A stretch of DNA of 32,468 bases from Nitrospiraceae bacterium (GTDB lineage Bacteria > Nitrospirota > Nitrospiria > Nitrospirales > Nitrospiraceae): the NCBI GenBank assembly GCA_037442105.1, contig JBBIQV010000035.1, positions 1-32,468 on the forward strand. The letters are read 5' to 3'. The notes beneath the pieces are model-generated. The model saw only the letters and a list, made by a program, of their open reading frames with translations, was not told where the DNA came from and searched no databases. Every line of letters starts with the position of its first letter. The first letter of the stretch is position 1. The translations under genes were made by a program, and so were the position numbers. Of this stretch, positions 9,176 to 19,480 are shown in pieces.

Positions 9176-10212
9176 TTTGCGCCTGCCAACCGGCGCCGGA
9201 AGACGGACCCAAAAAGACTCCGCGAACCTGGTCTGCCGCCCACGGTGCGCAACGGACGCTGCACTATTTCACCTGGTCCGACTATGTAGGGCCGGAACTG
9301 ATCGAGTCATTCGAGGAACAGTCGGGGGTCAAGGTCGTTGTCGATACGTTCAGCAGCAACGAAGAGCTCTTGGCCAAGTTGCAAAGCGGGGCGACCGGGT
9401 ACGATGTGGTGGTTCCCTCGGACTTCATGGTGGCGATCATGATCGGGCAGGGGCTGTTGGCCGAATTGGATATCGCCAAGATACCGAATGCCGAATTGAT
9501 TGCCGACAACCTCCAGCATCTCGCGTTCGATCCGACCCACCGCTACTCCGTTCCTTACCTGTGGGGCACCGTGGGGATCGGCTACGACTCCACGGTCTTT
9601 CCAACGCCGCCGGACAGTTGGTCGGTGTTGTGGGATCCCCGATACAAGGGCAAGATCAGCATGTTGAACGATCAGCGGGAGGTGTTCGGAGCAACGTTGC
9701 GATCGATGGGGCAGTCGCTCAACGCGCGCGATCCCTCGGTCATCGAACAGGCCAAGGATCGGCTGATTCGCCAGAAGCCCTTGGTCAAGATCTACACGAG
9801 CGACCATTACGACCAACTGTTGGCGTCCGGTGAGGTGGTGCTGGCGCATGGTTGGGGTGGTCCGGTGGCGCGAGCGATGCAAGAACGGCCGTCCATCAAA
9901 TTTATCGTGCCGAAGGAGGGAGGAACCGTGTGGTCCGACTGCCTGGTGGTTCTTAAGACATCTTCCCAAAAAGATTTGGCGATGCGTTTCATTAATTATC
10001 TGTTGGATTCTTCGGTTGCTGCTAAAGCATCGGAGCGGCTGTTGTTCGCTGCCGCAAACCAGGAAGCGCGAGGATTGGTACCGGCTCGAATTCGGGACAA
10101 TCCGGCGATCTACCCGCCTGACGCGTTGTTCCCTCGCTTGGAATGGATGACGGATGTCGGAGACGCCATCCGTGTCTATGACCGTGCTTGGACCGAGCTG
10201 AAAATGTATTAA
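9115..10212 (+). CDS. potD: Polyamine ABC transporter substrate-binding lipoprotein
   Basis: WSDYV, SNEELLAKL, GYDVVVPSD, PYLWGTVGIGY, PKEG, and a lipobox-like LCAC. Start 9094 or 9115. Confidence 0.92.
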   Translation: MREVRRRVVQLFILHLSFCILCACQPAPEDGPKKTPRTWSAAHGAQRTLHYFTWSDYVGPELIESFEEQSGVKVVVDTFSSNEELLAKLQSGATGYDVVVPSDFMVAIMIGQGLLAELDIAKIPNAELIADNLQHLAFDPTHRYSVPYLWGTVGIGYDSTVFPTPPDSWSVLWDPRYKGKISMLNDQREVFGATLRSMGQSLNARDPSVIEQAKDRLIRQKPLVKIYTSDHYDQLLASGEVVLAHGWGGPVARAMQERPSIKFIVPKEGGTVWSDCLVVLKTSSQKDLAMRFINYLLDSSVAAKASERLLFAAANQEARGLVPARIRDNPAIYPPDALFPRLEWMTDVGDAIRVYDRAWTELKMY

Positions 10213-10235
10213 CCCCTTGCCTTGCGTCGAATCTG

Positions 10236-10264
10236 TTCCCATTAGTGGATGTAATCAGTATAAT
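10236..10264 (+). promoter_or_regulatory. Putative sigma70 promoter of the efflux operon
   Basis: TTCCCA-17 nt-TATAAT in an AT-rich intergenic patch. Confidence 0.45.
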
Positions 10265-10322
10265 GGTGTGTTTAAATAATGTGTTTGAGTAAGTGGAAGG
10301 CTGTCTGAGGAGAGGGGGGTAC

Positions 10323-11645
10323 GTGGAAACGGGTCTTGGCAATCGAGGAGCGGGACTCATCGGCTCCCTCTTAGTCGGATTTTTTCTCGCTTTTGGGGGC
10401 GCGGGGGAGCCGGCATCTGCGGCTGACCCTCCGGTGAAGGTAAATCCACCTGGTACTCAAATGATGCGCCTGAGTATCGGTGATGCTCAGGCTCTTTTTG
10501 TTCAGCAAAACATTGATCTGCTCATCGTAAAATTCGGCATTGATTACAGCAGAGGACAACAAATTACGGCCCGGCTGTTTCCCAACCCGGTGCTGTCAGT
10601 GGGCAATGTGGCCTCCTTTACGCAAGGGAATACGTTGGCGACGACAGGCGGCGTGGCTACTCAGGTACAGCAACTCTTTGAGCTGGCCGGGAAACGTGGG
10701 TATCGAATCGAGAGCGCGGGATTCGGCACACAGTCGGCTGAGGCGAGTTTCGAGGACGCTGTCCGACAGCTCACCTTCACCGTCAAGGACACGTACTATC
10801 GGGTTCAATTGGCCCAGCGACGTCTGGCGCTTGCGGAAGAGAACCGCGACCGGTTTTCCCGCATCCTGGAAATCAACACGATTCGCTTCAAGAAAGGCTA
10901 TATCGCCGAAGTCGACTTGATCCGCATCCGGCTACAGGTGGTCGACTTTCAGTCGCAAGTCATCCAGGCGATCCAGGAGGCGGAAACGGCCAGGGCCGAT
11001 CTCCGGCAACTCCTCAGGCTCTCGCCGGCCATGCAACTTGAGCTCACCACAGAGCTGGATTATCGGCGCGTGGACCCGGATATCGGGAAGCTTCGCCTGT
11101 TCGCGATGGAAGCCAGGCCGGACATTCGGGTAAAGCGCCTCACTTCTTCACAGCGCGAAGCCGATCTTAAACTGGCCATGGCGTATCGAATTCCAGATGT
11201 GACAGTCGGTGCAGGCTATTCGGTCCAGGGGCCGAAGGGTCCGGATAATCAGCAGATGGCGATCCTGAACCTTGGTGTCCCCCTGCCGCTGTTCAATCGC
11301 AATCAAGGCGGCATCATGCAAGCGGAGGTCGCGGTACAGACGGCCCAGGCGGACCTGACGAAAACCATCAACCAAGTCGAGAACCAGGTGGATGTCGCAC
11401 ACCGGAATCTCTTGCAGAGCCGGCGGCTCGTCGAGGCCTATCTCGGAGGGATTTTGGAGGATGCGCGCTCGACATTCACGATTGTCGAGCGCGCATACGA
11501 GCGGGGTGGGGCGACCATCATCGATCTTCTCGATGCGGCGCGCACGTCGCGCACCATCCAGCAGAATTTCATCGAGGCCCTGTTTAATTACCAACATAAT
11601 CTTTTCCAGCTCGAGAGCGCGGTGGGGCAGGAGATCAGTTCATGA
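10323..11645 (+). CDS. TolC/CzcC-family outer-membrane efflux factor
   Basis: PNPVL..QLFELAGKRGYRI, RPDI, VPLPLFNRNQG, YERGGATIIDLLDA. GTG start after a G-rich SD; start uncertain. Confidence 0.9.
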   Translation: METGLGNRGAGLIGSLLVGFFLAFGGAGEPASAADPPVKVNPPGTQMMRLSIGDAQALFVQQNIDLLIVKFGIDYSRGQQITARLFPNPVLSVGNVASFTQGNTLATTGGVATQVQQLFELAGKRGYRIESAGFGTQSAEASFEDAVRQLTFTVKDTYYRVQLAQRRLALAEENRDRFSRILEINTIRFKKGYIAEVDLIRIRLQVVDFQSQVIQAIQEAETARADLRQLLRLSPAMQLELTTELDYRRVDPDIGKLRLFAMEARPDIRVKRLTSSQREADLKLAMAYRIPDVTVGAGYSVQGPKGPDNQQMAILNLGVPLPLFNRNQGGIMQAEVAVQTAQADLTKTINQVENQVDVAHRNLLQSRRLVEAYLGGILEDARSTFTIVERAYERGGATIIDLLDAARTSRTIQQNFIEALFNYQHNLFQLESAVGQEISS

Positions 11646-12829
11646 AGGTTGCGGTGAAGATCGAGGTTAAGGCTCAGCCGATTGTCAGGAATGCTCTTTC
11701 CCTGACGTTAGTCTCAGCCTTGCTGATGCTCGCTGCCTGCCGCGGCGGTGATGAGCCGACGCATTCGAACGCGGCCACCCCGCCTGCTGTCAAGACTGCA
11801 GAGAAGCCCGGTGGCTCGCAGAGCCGCATCGAAACCGCCGTCGTGGACTACAGCACCACCCACGCGGCTCTTTCACTGGCTGGGAAAGTAGCTTACGGGG
11901 AGGATCGGTATTCCAAGATCTCTTCTCCCTTGCAGGGGCGGGTGGTCGCAGTGCGGGCTCATCTGGGTGACAAAGTGAAGGTCGGCGATACGCTTCTGGT
12001 CATCGATAGTCCGGACATCACTGCGGCCTATTCAGAGTTCGTGAAAGAAGCCTCGGACTTGGAATACGACACCAGGGCTTACGAATTGGCCAAGGATCTC
12101 TACGCGAGCAAAGCGATCCCGCAAAAAGACCTCAAGCAAGCGGAGAATGATCTCGTCAAGGCCAGGGCGGAGTTTCGCCGAGCGAAAGAGCGGTTATTGT
12201 CGCTCAGGGTGCCGATGGCTGAGTTGGAGAAACCGCTGGCCCAGCAACGCATCACCTCACGTTTCGAAATGAAGAGCCCGCTGACCGGGACCGTCGTCGA
12301 ACGGGCCGTCACGCCGGGCCAGTCCGTCGGTGGGGACCCCGATCAGGTTCTGTTCACGGTGGCTGATCTCGATACCTTGCAGGTCGTTGCAGATGTTTAT
12401 GAACGGGATCTGGCGCTGGTGAAGGTCGGAGAGGTCGGCCGCGCGAATGTCGAGGCCTACCCCGGCGTGGATTTTCCGGCTGCCGTGGCGGCGATCGGCG
12501 ACGTCGTCGATCCAAACACGAGAACGATCAAAGTTCGGGCCTGGGTAAATAACGAAGATCGCCGGCTTAAACCGGAGATGTTCGCACGGCTTCACCTCGA
12601 TGTCGGAGAGGCGACGGCTTTCATTTCTGTACCGAAAGAGGCGGTGTTGGAGGTGGATGGCAAGCAATTCGTGTATATCGAAGAGTCCCCAGGCCGCTAT
12701 ACGAAGCGAGCGGTTAAAGTCTCGCCCGTGTCGCAGGATCAGGTCCGTGTGTTGGAAGGGCTTTCCCCGGGACAGCGCATCGTCGTCAAGGGGGCCGTCT
12801 TGATCAAAGGCCAGGAAGTGAAAGGCTGA
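11642..12829 (+). CDS. CzcB/CusB-type RND membrane fusion protein
   Basis: Lipobox LAAC, SPLQGRV, SPLTGTV, TRTIKVR, LKPEMFA, GLSPGQRIVVKG. Confidence 0.92.
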   Translation: MKVAVKIEVKAQPIVRNALSLTLVSALLMLAACRGGDEPTHSNAATPPAVKTAEKPGGSQSRIETAVVDYSTTHAALSLAGKVAYGEDRYSKISSPLQGRVVAVRAHLGDKVKVGDTLLVIDSPDITAAYSEFVKEASDLEYDTRAYELAKDLYASKAIPQKDLKQAENDLVKARAEFRRAKERLLSLRVPMAELEKPLAQQRITSRFEMKSPLTGTVVERAVTPGQSVGGDPDQVLFTVADLDTLQVVADVYERDLALVKVGEVGRANVEAYPGVDFPAAVAAIGDVVDPNTRTIKVRAWVNNEDRRLKPEMFARLHLDVGEATAFISVPKEAVLEVDGKQFVYIEESPGRYTKRAVKVSPVSQDQVRVLEGLSPGQRIVVKGAVLIKGQEVKG

Positions 12830-12880
12830 CGTGCATGACTCGGATACGTTCGCCTTGGTAGCAGGCGGCCGGGCGACACA

Positions 12881-15800
12881 ATGATCGCGCGCATCGTCGA
12901 AGTTTCCCTCGTCCAGCGGTTTCTCCTCTGTGCCCTCGGTATCGCCCTTCTCTTCGGCGGACTGTACGCCTTCCACATTCTCGATATCGTCGCATACCCC
13001 GATCCCTCCCCTCCGATGGTCGAGATCATCACGCAGTTCCCCGGGTGGTCGGCTGAAGAGATCGAACGCCAGATCACCATTCCCATCGAGCTCGCATTGA
13101 ACAACCTACCGGCGTTGGCGGATATCCGGTCGTTATCCATTTTTGGGCTCAGCGACATCAAAGTCTATTTCGATTTCGGGTCCGATATTTTCTTCGACCG
13201 CCAGGAGGTTATCAACCGATTGGCGTTGGTGACCTTGCCTCCGGGAGCGCAACCGACTCTATCTCCTTGGTGGGCCATCGCCGAGATTTACCGTTATGAG
13301 CTGGCGAGCGACAACGGCATGAGCCTCACCGACCTGAAGACCGTCCAGGATTGGCAGGTGCGGCCGGCATTTCGCCGTGTTCCAGGCGTCATCGATGTGA
13401 CGGCCTTCGGCGGAACAACGAAAGAATACCATGTGGACATCGACCCTGGGAAACTGATCAGCTACGGCGTGAACCTGTCCCAGGTCATGACCGCCCTCAC
13501 CAACAGCAATGCGAACGTCGGGGGTAACTACCTGACGGTCGGTGCCCAGAGCTACAACATTCGCGGGCTGGGCCTGATCAATAGCCTCGACGACATCGAA
13601 AACGTGATGGTGACGGAGAAGCAAGGCACGCCGATTTTCGTCAAAACGCTCGGCAAGGTCACAATCGGACACCGCGTTCGGCTGGGCAAGGTCGGCCTCG
13701 ATGACCGGGACGACGTTGTCGAGGGAGTGGTGCTCCTCCAGCGAGGGTACAAGGCCTTGCCCGTGCTGGAAAAAGTCCGGGCAAAGGTGGAGGAGCTGAA
13801 TACGTGGAAGTTGCCGGCCGGGGTGAAAGTGAAGACGTTTTACGACCGTACGGTGCTGATCCACACGACGGTCGAAACCGTGACGGACATCTTGATCAGC
13901 GGAATGGTGCTGGTGTTTGTGATCCTGTACGTGTTTCTCGGTCACTTTCGCGCCTCGATGATCGTGGCATTGACCATTCCTTTGTCGCTGCTTTTTACCT
14001 TTACTATGATGGTGTTGATCGGACAATCCGCCAATCTCATTTCTCTGGGGGCGATCGACTTCGGCATCATCGTCGATGCCACCCTGATCATGGTCGAAAG
14101 CATCTTCTATCATTTGGCGCATCACCGGGGCCATAGCCTGACCGTCCCACAGCAGATCGTCCGGGCGGCTCGCCAGGTCGGACAGCCGATCTTTTTCTCC
14201 ACGACGATCATCGTCGTCGCTTTCATCCCCCTGTTCACCATGACCGGCGTCCCCGGAAAAATTTTCGCCCCCATGTCGATCACGTATGGTTTTGCTCTTT
14301 TCGGGGCGTTGCTGATGGCATTTACCCTTGCGCCGGTCCTGTGCTCGTTGCTGTTGAACGATGCCATCCGGGAAGAAGATACCGCCGTGGTCAGGGTCAT
14401 CCGGCGTGCGTACGGCGCAACTCTCCGTTGGGCGCTCACGCATCGGATGGTCGTGATCCTATCCGCCGGCCTCCTATTGGCGCTTACCTTGGTCGCCCTG
14501 CCGCTCCTTGGCGGTGAATTTATGCCGGCGCTGGAGGAGGGCAACCTGTGGGTTCGAGCGACCATGCCGGTGGATATCGCCTTCGATCAAGCAGACCGTC
14601 TCGCCATGGAAATTCGGAACATCTTTCGGCAATCTCCGGAAGTTACGACGATTGTGTCGCAGTTGGGGAGACCCGACGACGGCACGGACCCGACCAGTTT
14701 CTTCAACGCAGAATTTCTCGCCAACCTAAAACCGCCGAAAGAATGGCGGGCAGGAATGACGAAGGACCGGCTGATCGAAGAGATCGATGAACGATTGCGC
14801 GTGATTCCGGGCGTGATTTTTAATTTCTCACAGGTGATTCAGGATAACGTCGAGGAAGCCATGTCCGGGGTCAAGGGGGAGAATTCCATCAAGTTGTTCG
14901 GGACAGACCTCCGCCTCATGGAATCAAAAGCGGTCGAGGTCGAAAAAGCGATGCGACAGGTCCCCGGCGTGAAGGATCTCGGCATCTTCAGGCTGACGGG
15001 ACAGCCGAATTTGCTGATCGAGGTCGATCGTGAATCCAGCGCACGGTACGGACTCCAAGTGTCGGATGTGAATGCAGTGGTGCAGGCGGCGATCGGCGGC
15101 CAGGCGGTGACGCAGGTGTATGAGGGAGAGAAAGTATTCGACCTGGTCGTGCGGTTTTTGCCGGAGTATCGGCAGGACCCCGAGACCATCGGGAACATTC
15201 TGGTCAGCACGCCGGGAGGGGCGCGTATCCCGCTGAAGCAGCTCGCGAAAATCACGACTCAGACCGGCGCGTTCATCATCTACCGAGAAAACAACCAGCG
15301 CTATATCCCCATCAAATTCAGCGTGCGCGATCGTGACCTGGAAAGTACGGTGCAGGAGGCGCAGCGGCTCTTGGGCAAGACCGTCCAGCTTCCGGAGCGG
15401 TATCGCATGGAATGGGCCGGACAGTATGATCAGCTTAAGGACGAGCAGAAGCGTCTCTCCAAGATCGTTCCGATCAGCCTGGTCATCATTCTGTTTCTGC
15501 TCTATACGACGTTCAACTCGTTGACGAACGCCTTGTTGGTGCTGGTGGCCGTGCCTTTCGCATTGGTAGGCGGAGTCCTGTCGCTGGTGTTGACCGGCAC
15601 GCACTTCAGCATTTCTGCGGCTGTGGGGGTCATTTCGACGCTGGGCGTGGCGATCCTCGGGGGAGTGTTGCTCATTTCTCGGATTGAGGAGTATCGTGAG
15701 ACAGGGCTCCCGCTGACCGAAGCGGTCATCAAGGGAGCTGATGTGCAGATGCGACCGATCTTGATGGCGACTTTAGCGGCGGCTATCGGGCTGTTGCCGG

Positions 15801-15958
15801 CTGCCGTGGCGACGGGGATCGGATCGCAGGCTCAGAAGCCGCTTGCGCGAGTGGTCGTGGGCGGAATGCTCACGGCTGCCGTATTGATTCTGTTGGTGTT
15901 GCCGGTCCTGTACGAAGTCGTCCATCGGCGCCTGGAACGACGAGGGAAGCGACGATAG
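12881..15958 (+). CDS. CzcA/CusA-family heavy-metal RND permease
   Basis: 1025 aa; AYPD, SIFGLS, GAIDFGIIVDATLIMVE (CzcA-type TM4), EFMPALEEG, RPILMAT, QKPLARVVVGG. Confidence 0.95.
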   Translation: MIARIVEVSLVQRFLLCALGIALLFGGLYAFHILDIVAYPDPSPPMVEIITQFPGWSAEEIERQITIPIELALNNLPALADIRSLSIFGLSDIKVYFDFGSDIFFDRQEVINRLALVTLPPGAQPTLSPWWAIAEIYRYELASDNGMSLTDLKTVQDWQVRPAFRRVPGVIDVTAFGGTTKEYHVDIDPGKLISYGVNLSQVMTALTNSNANVGGNYLTVGAQSYNIRGLGLINSLDDIENVMVTEKQGTPIFVKTLGKVTIGHRVRLGKVGLDDRDDVVEGVVLLQRGYKALPVLEKVRAKVEELNTWKLPAGVKVKTFYDRTVLIHTTVETVTDILISGMVLVFVILYVFLGHFRASMIVALTIPLSLLFTFTMMVLIGQSANLISLGAIDFGIIVDATLIMVESIFYHLAHHRGHSLTVPQQIVRAARQVGQPIFFSTTIIVVAFIPLFTMTGVPGKIFAPMSITYGFALFGALLMAFTLAPVLCSLLLNDAIREEDTAVVRVIRRAYGATLRWALTHRMVVILSAGLLLALTLVALPLLGGEFMPALEEGNLWVRATMPVDIAFDQADRLAMEIRNIFRQSPEVTTIVSQLGRPDDGTDPTSFFNAEFLANLKPPKEWRAGMTKDRLIEEIDERLRVIPGVIFNFSQVIQDNVEEAMSGVKGENSIKLFGTDLRLMESKAVEVEKAMRQVPGVKDLGIFRLTGQPNLLIEVDRESSARYGLQVSDVNAVVQAAIGGQAVTQVYEGEKVFDLVVRFLPEYRQDPETIGNILVSTPGGARIPLKQLAKITTQTGAFIIYRENNQRYIPIKFSVRDRDLESTVQEAQRLLGKTVQLPERYRMEWAGQYDQLKDEQKRLSKIVPISLVIILFLLYTTFNSLTNALLVLVAVPFALVGGVLSLVLTGTHFSISAAVGVISTLGVAILGGVLLISRIEEYRETGLPLTEAVIKGADVQMRPILMATLAAAIGLLPAAVATGIGSQAQKPLARVVVGGMLTAAVLILLVLPVLYEVVHRRLERRGKRR

Positions 15959-16037
15959 GGTGTTTCTTGAAGCTCGCGGGACACCGGTTTGCTGAAACAC
16001 GATGATGCAACAGTGTGACGGAGGAGGGAACGGAGGA

Positions 16038-16850
16038 ATGGAGATAACGGTTCGTCATGGCGTGCTGATCGTTCTGTTACTGGGAATCGCGCTCGTGTCG
16101 TTTTTCCCAACGTCGAGCACGTTCGGCGGCGATCTGGGTCTGCCTTTGCCGGTTCAGATGCCCTATGATCCGCCGCCCAAGTCCGAGGCGGGTCCGGCTT
16201 TCTCGATCCCTCCTAACACCCAACCGCTGACCCCGGAAGAACTTCAACGAGCCGAAGCGCTCCTTCCGTTGCTCGAGGGCAAGCAGGAATTCTGGGCGAT
16301 GGGCGAGTTCGTCCATTTGGGCGATTCCGTGATGCCGGTTCTGGTGAAGGCTCTCACGATGTCGAGCCCCAGAATCCGCTATAACGCGATTGAGACGATG
16401 TCGATCATGAAGGCGGCCGCCGCCGTTCCTGCGCTGATTCAGACCGCGAAGGAACCGAACGAGATGCCGCGGATCCGCGAGCATGCGTTGCGCGTAGCGA
16501 TCCGACTCGATGCCTCGCTTGCACCTCCTGCCATCGAAATCATGGCGAAAGATCCGAATCCCTCGGTTCGCAAGTCCGCCGCGTTCGAGTCTCGATACGT
16601 GCGCCAGAAGGCCGTCATTCCCGTGTTGATCGACCTGGTTGCCGATGATGAGCGGTTCGTGGCCATATCGGCGATCCATTCTCTTTGGATCATCACGCGA
16701 CACGAAACAGAATTTCACGACTGGGATGTCTCGTCCAAGCAGGATCGCCAAAGCTGGTCCCAGGAGTGGGTGGATTGGTGGAACGCGAACAAGGATATCT
16801 TTGAGATTCCCGTACCACAGACGCCGAAACGACCGTCATCCAGAGGCTAA
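16038..16850 (+). CDS. Exported HEAT/PBS-lyase-like repeat protein
   Basis: N-terminal hydrophobic segment, Pro-rich linker, repeated helical units (PRIRYNAIETM, DPNPSVRKSAA, DDERFVAISA), Trp-rich W..WW C-terminus. Confidence 0.75.
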   Translation: MEITVRHGVLIVLLLGIALVSFFPTSSTFGGDLGLPLPVQMPYDPPPKSEAGPAFSIPPNTQPLTPEELQRAEALLPLLEGKQEFWAMGEFVHLGDSVMPVLVKALTMSSPRIRYNAIETMSIMKAAAAVPALIQTAKEPNEMPRIREHALRVAIRLDASLAPPAIEIMAKDPNPSVRKSAAFESRYVRQKAVIPVLIDLVADDERFVAISAIHSLWIITRHETEFHDWDVSSKQDRQSWSQEWVDWWNANKDIFEIPVPQTPKRPSSRG

Positions 16851-16977
16851 GCGATGTGTGCGAGGAACCGCACATCCTTGCGGCCAGAAAGAGGGCTGTG
16901 TTATACAGTAAAAAGTTCGACGAACGCCGGTGCCACTGGCACTGGAGCGCAGTTCAAACAGCATGAGAGCGTGTGAG

Positions 16978-17508
16978 ATGGCATTGTTGAAAATAGCCAA
17001 GCTTGGAAACCCCGTCTTGAGGCAGCAGGCCCTTCCGGTCGATCTTGCTGAGCTCGGGAAGGCGGCCTTCCAGCAGTTCATCGACGCTATGTTCGAGACC
17101 ATGTATGAAGCGCCCGGCATCGGTTTGGCGGCTCCGCAAGTCTTCCGCTCTCAGCAGCTCGTTGTGATGGATTGCCCAGGCGAAGGCGGATTCCCCGCGA
17201 CCGTCTTGATCAATCCAAGCATCCTTTACTATGGTCCGCATCAGGCGGAAAACTGGGAAGGGTGCCTGAGTGTGGACGGATTGCGGGGAAAAGTGGTCAG
17301 GCCCTCAATGGTCCGGGTGAAGGCGCTGGACCGTCATGGAGCTGTGCTGGATTTTGAGGCGAGCGGCTTGTATGCAGTCTGCATCCAACATGAGATGGAT
17401 CATTTGATCGGCAAAGTGTTCTTGGATCGGATGGCTGACCTCTCGACGCTGACGCAACTCGACGAGTTTGAGCACTATTGGCGACAGGAACCTGCCGCCG
17501 TCATTTAG
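16978..17508 (+). CDS. def: Peptide deformylase
   Basis: GIGLAAPQV, EGCLS, QHEMDHL. Confidence 0.97.
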   Translation: MALLKIAKLGNPVLRQQALPVDLAELGKAAFQQFIDAMFETMYEAPGIGLAAPQVFRSQQLVVMDCPGEGGFPATVLINPSILYYGPHQAENWEGCLSVDGLRGKVVRPSMVRVKALDRHGAVLDFEASGLYAVCIQHEMDHLIGKVFLDRMADLSTLTQLDEFEHYWRQEPAAVI

Positions 17509-17535
17509 GATCTTTCGCCCCTTTATGCATCGCCT

Positions 17536-19260
17536 GTGAAGTCTCTCGTTCGCGTTCTTCGTTACCTCGCCCCCTACCGTTTCATCGCCACGCTCACGCT
17601 GTTGTTTGCCGGCTTGACGACCGCTCTTGATCTCGTCCCTCCCTGGCTCGTGAAGATCATCATCGATGATGTGATCGGGGCCAAACACACAGCGCTGCTG
17701 CCCGGCGTACTGGCGGCATTAGTCGGCGTCTATATACTGAAAAACCTCTGCGCCTCGCTGAGAATTCGGTTCAACAACACGCTCGAACAGCGAGTGGTAC
17801 ACGATCTGCGGGCACAAGTGTTCGCCGCGCTGCAGCGGCTCTCAATCAGTTATTACGAGAACCGGTCTACCGGTGAAATCATGTCTCGCGTGGTGAACGA
17901 CACGGAGCATGTCGAGCGTATCTTTATCGATGGGCTGGAAGGGATGCTCACGGCAAGTCTGACCCTGATCGGGATCACGACCATGCTGTTCATCCTCAAC
18001 TGGAAGTTGGCGCTGTTGTCGCTGATTCCCGTGCCGGTCTTGATCCTGTCTGCAACGCAGTTCACCAAGCGGGTCCACGCTTACTACCACCAGATCAGAA
18101 AAGGCGCCGCCGAATTGAATGCCTACCTGCAGGACGCGCTCTCGGGCGTTCGGGAAACGATGGGATTTAACCGGCAGCCGTACGAACAGGCTCGGTTCAT
18201 CCGATTGAGTCAGGACTATAGTCGAAGCAACCTGCGGGCCATGTTTCTCTGGTCGCTCTATTCGCCGGGGATGATTCTGGTGGGGAGCCTCGGCACGTTG
18301 TTGATTCTCTGGTACGGAACAGAGGAGGTGCTGGCAGGCGCCTTGACGGTGGGCGAACTCGTGATGTTTCTGTCCTATCTGGCCCTGTTCTATGTCCCGA
18401 TCAACCAGATCCATTCGGTCAATCACATGCTGCAACACGCGTTGGCGGCCAGCGAACGAGTGTTCGATGTGCTGGATGCCCAACCGGAGGTGCAGGACCG
18501 CCCGCATGCCGTGATGCCTGCCGGGCGGCTGGCCGGACATGTGCAGTTCGATCGTGTCGGCTTCTACTATCGTCCGGATGTCCCGGTGTTGAAAGATGTG
18601 AGCTGCACGGTCGTTGCCGGGGAGCGCATTGCCCTCGTCGGCCCAAGCGGGGCTGGCAAGAGCACGATGCTCAAGCTCTTGATGCGATTCTACGACGTGC
18701 GCGACGGGGCGGTGACCATCGACGGGCACGACATTCGCACCTTACCGTTGCAATTCTTGCGGGCCCAGATTGGCCTGGTCCAGCAGGAACCATTTCTGTT
18801 CAACGGAACCGTCAAAGAGAATCTCCTGTACGGAGATTTGGACGCGGACCAGGCAAGGATTGAATCGGCTGCACGATCGGCCCGTGCTCATGATTTCATC
18901 GTGAGTCTCCCGGAGGGATATGATACTTGGATCGGGGAACGCGGCGTCAAACTTTCCGTCGGGCAAAAGCAGCGCATCGCCATCGCCCGCGTCCTGCTGA
19001 AGGATCCCCCGATCGTCATTTTCGACGAGGCGACATCAAATATCGATACTGAGACGGAAGTGAAGATCCGAGAGGCGTTGCATGTGCTCACGAAGGGGCG
19101 GACGACTTTCATTATTGCGCATCGTCTCTCCACCCTGCACGACGTCGATCGGATCATCGTGGTGGACCGTGGGCAGATCGTTGAGGAAGGCCACCATGAA
19201 CAGTTGATGGCGCGCGGAGGCATCTATGCCGGCCTCTACGGGGCGCAGTTTCAAACGTAG
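17536..19260 (+). CDS. ABC exporter, fused permease-ATPase (MsbA/MdlA-like)
   Basis: Multi-TM N-domain plus GPSGAGKS, LSVGQKQRIAIAR, FDEATS, IAHRLST. Confidence 0.93.
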   Translation: MKSLVRVLRYLAPYRFIATLTLLFAGLTTALDLVPPWLVKIIIDDVIGAKHTALLPGVLAALVGVYILKNLCASLRIRFNNTLEQRVVHDLRAQVFAALQRLSISYYENRSTGEIMSRVVNDTEHVERIFIDGLEGMLTASLTLIGITTMLFILNWKLALLSLIPVPVLILSATQFTKRVHAYYHQIRKGAAELNAYLQDALSGVRETMGFNRQPYEQARFIRLSQDYSRSNLRAMFLWSLYSPGMILVGSLGTLLILWYGTEEVLAGALTVGELVMFLSYLALFYVPINQIHSVNHMLQHALAASERVFDVLDAQPEVQDRPHAVMPAGRLAGHVQFDRVGFYYRPDVPVLKDVSCTVVAGERIALVGPSGAGKSTMLKLLMRFYDVRDGAVTIDGHDIRTLPLQFLRAQIGLVQQEPFLFNGTVKENLLYGDLDADQARIESAARSARAHDFIVSLPEGYDTWIGERGVKLSVGQKQRIAIARVLLKDPPIVIFDEATSNIDTETEVKIREALHVLTKGRTTFIIAHRLSTLHDVDRIIVVDRGQIVEEGHHEQLMARGGIYAGLYGAQFQT

Positions 19261-19269
19261 GAACGCCGG

Positions 19270-19386
19270 CTCAATGTACAATTTGCAATGTTCAGTGCTC
19301 AATCAGGAGGACGCCATTGAGAATCGAGCATTGATCAATGACCGTTATTACTGTTCATCCGTCACTGCTCACTCATCGCTTCATTG
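19270..19386. repeat. Compound heptamer array
   Basis: ctcaatg tacaatt tgcaatg ttcagtg ctcaatc ... cattgag aatcgag cattgat caatgac, then tgttcat ccgtcac tgctcac tcatcgc. Confidence 0.75.
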
Positions 19387-19396
19387 CCCTCTTAAT

Positions 19397-19440
19397 AGAA
19401 ACGCCCGTGGGTGAGCGGGGTTCTTCCCACGGGCGTTTCT
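19397..19440. terminator. Probable bidirectional intrinsic terminator
   Basis: Perfect 15-bp stem AGAAACGCCCGTGGG / CCCACGGGCGTTTCT between convergent genes. Confidence 0.8.
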
Positions 19441-19480
19441 GTTACTCGTCGGGTTGAGGCGAAGCTTCGCTAGACCTTTA

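Noticed and set aside
13259..14443. Long antisense ORFs (also 3405-4244, 5878-6699, 9307-10242, 17842-18729, 24271-25086, 27483-28379)
   Set aside because: They lie opposite well-supported genes and have no recognisable motifs.
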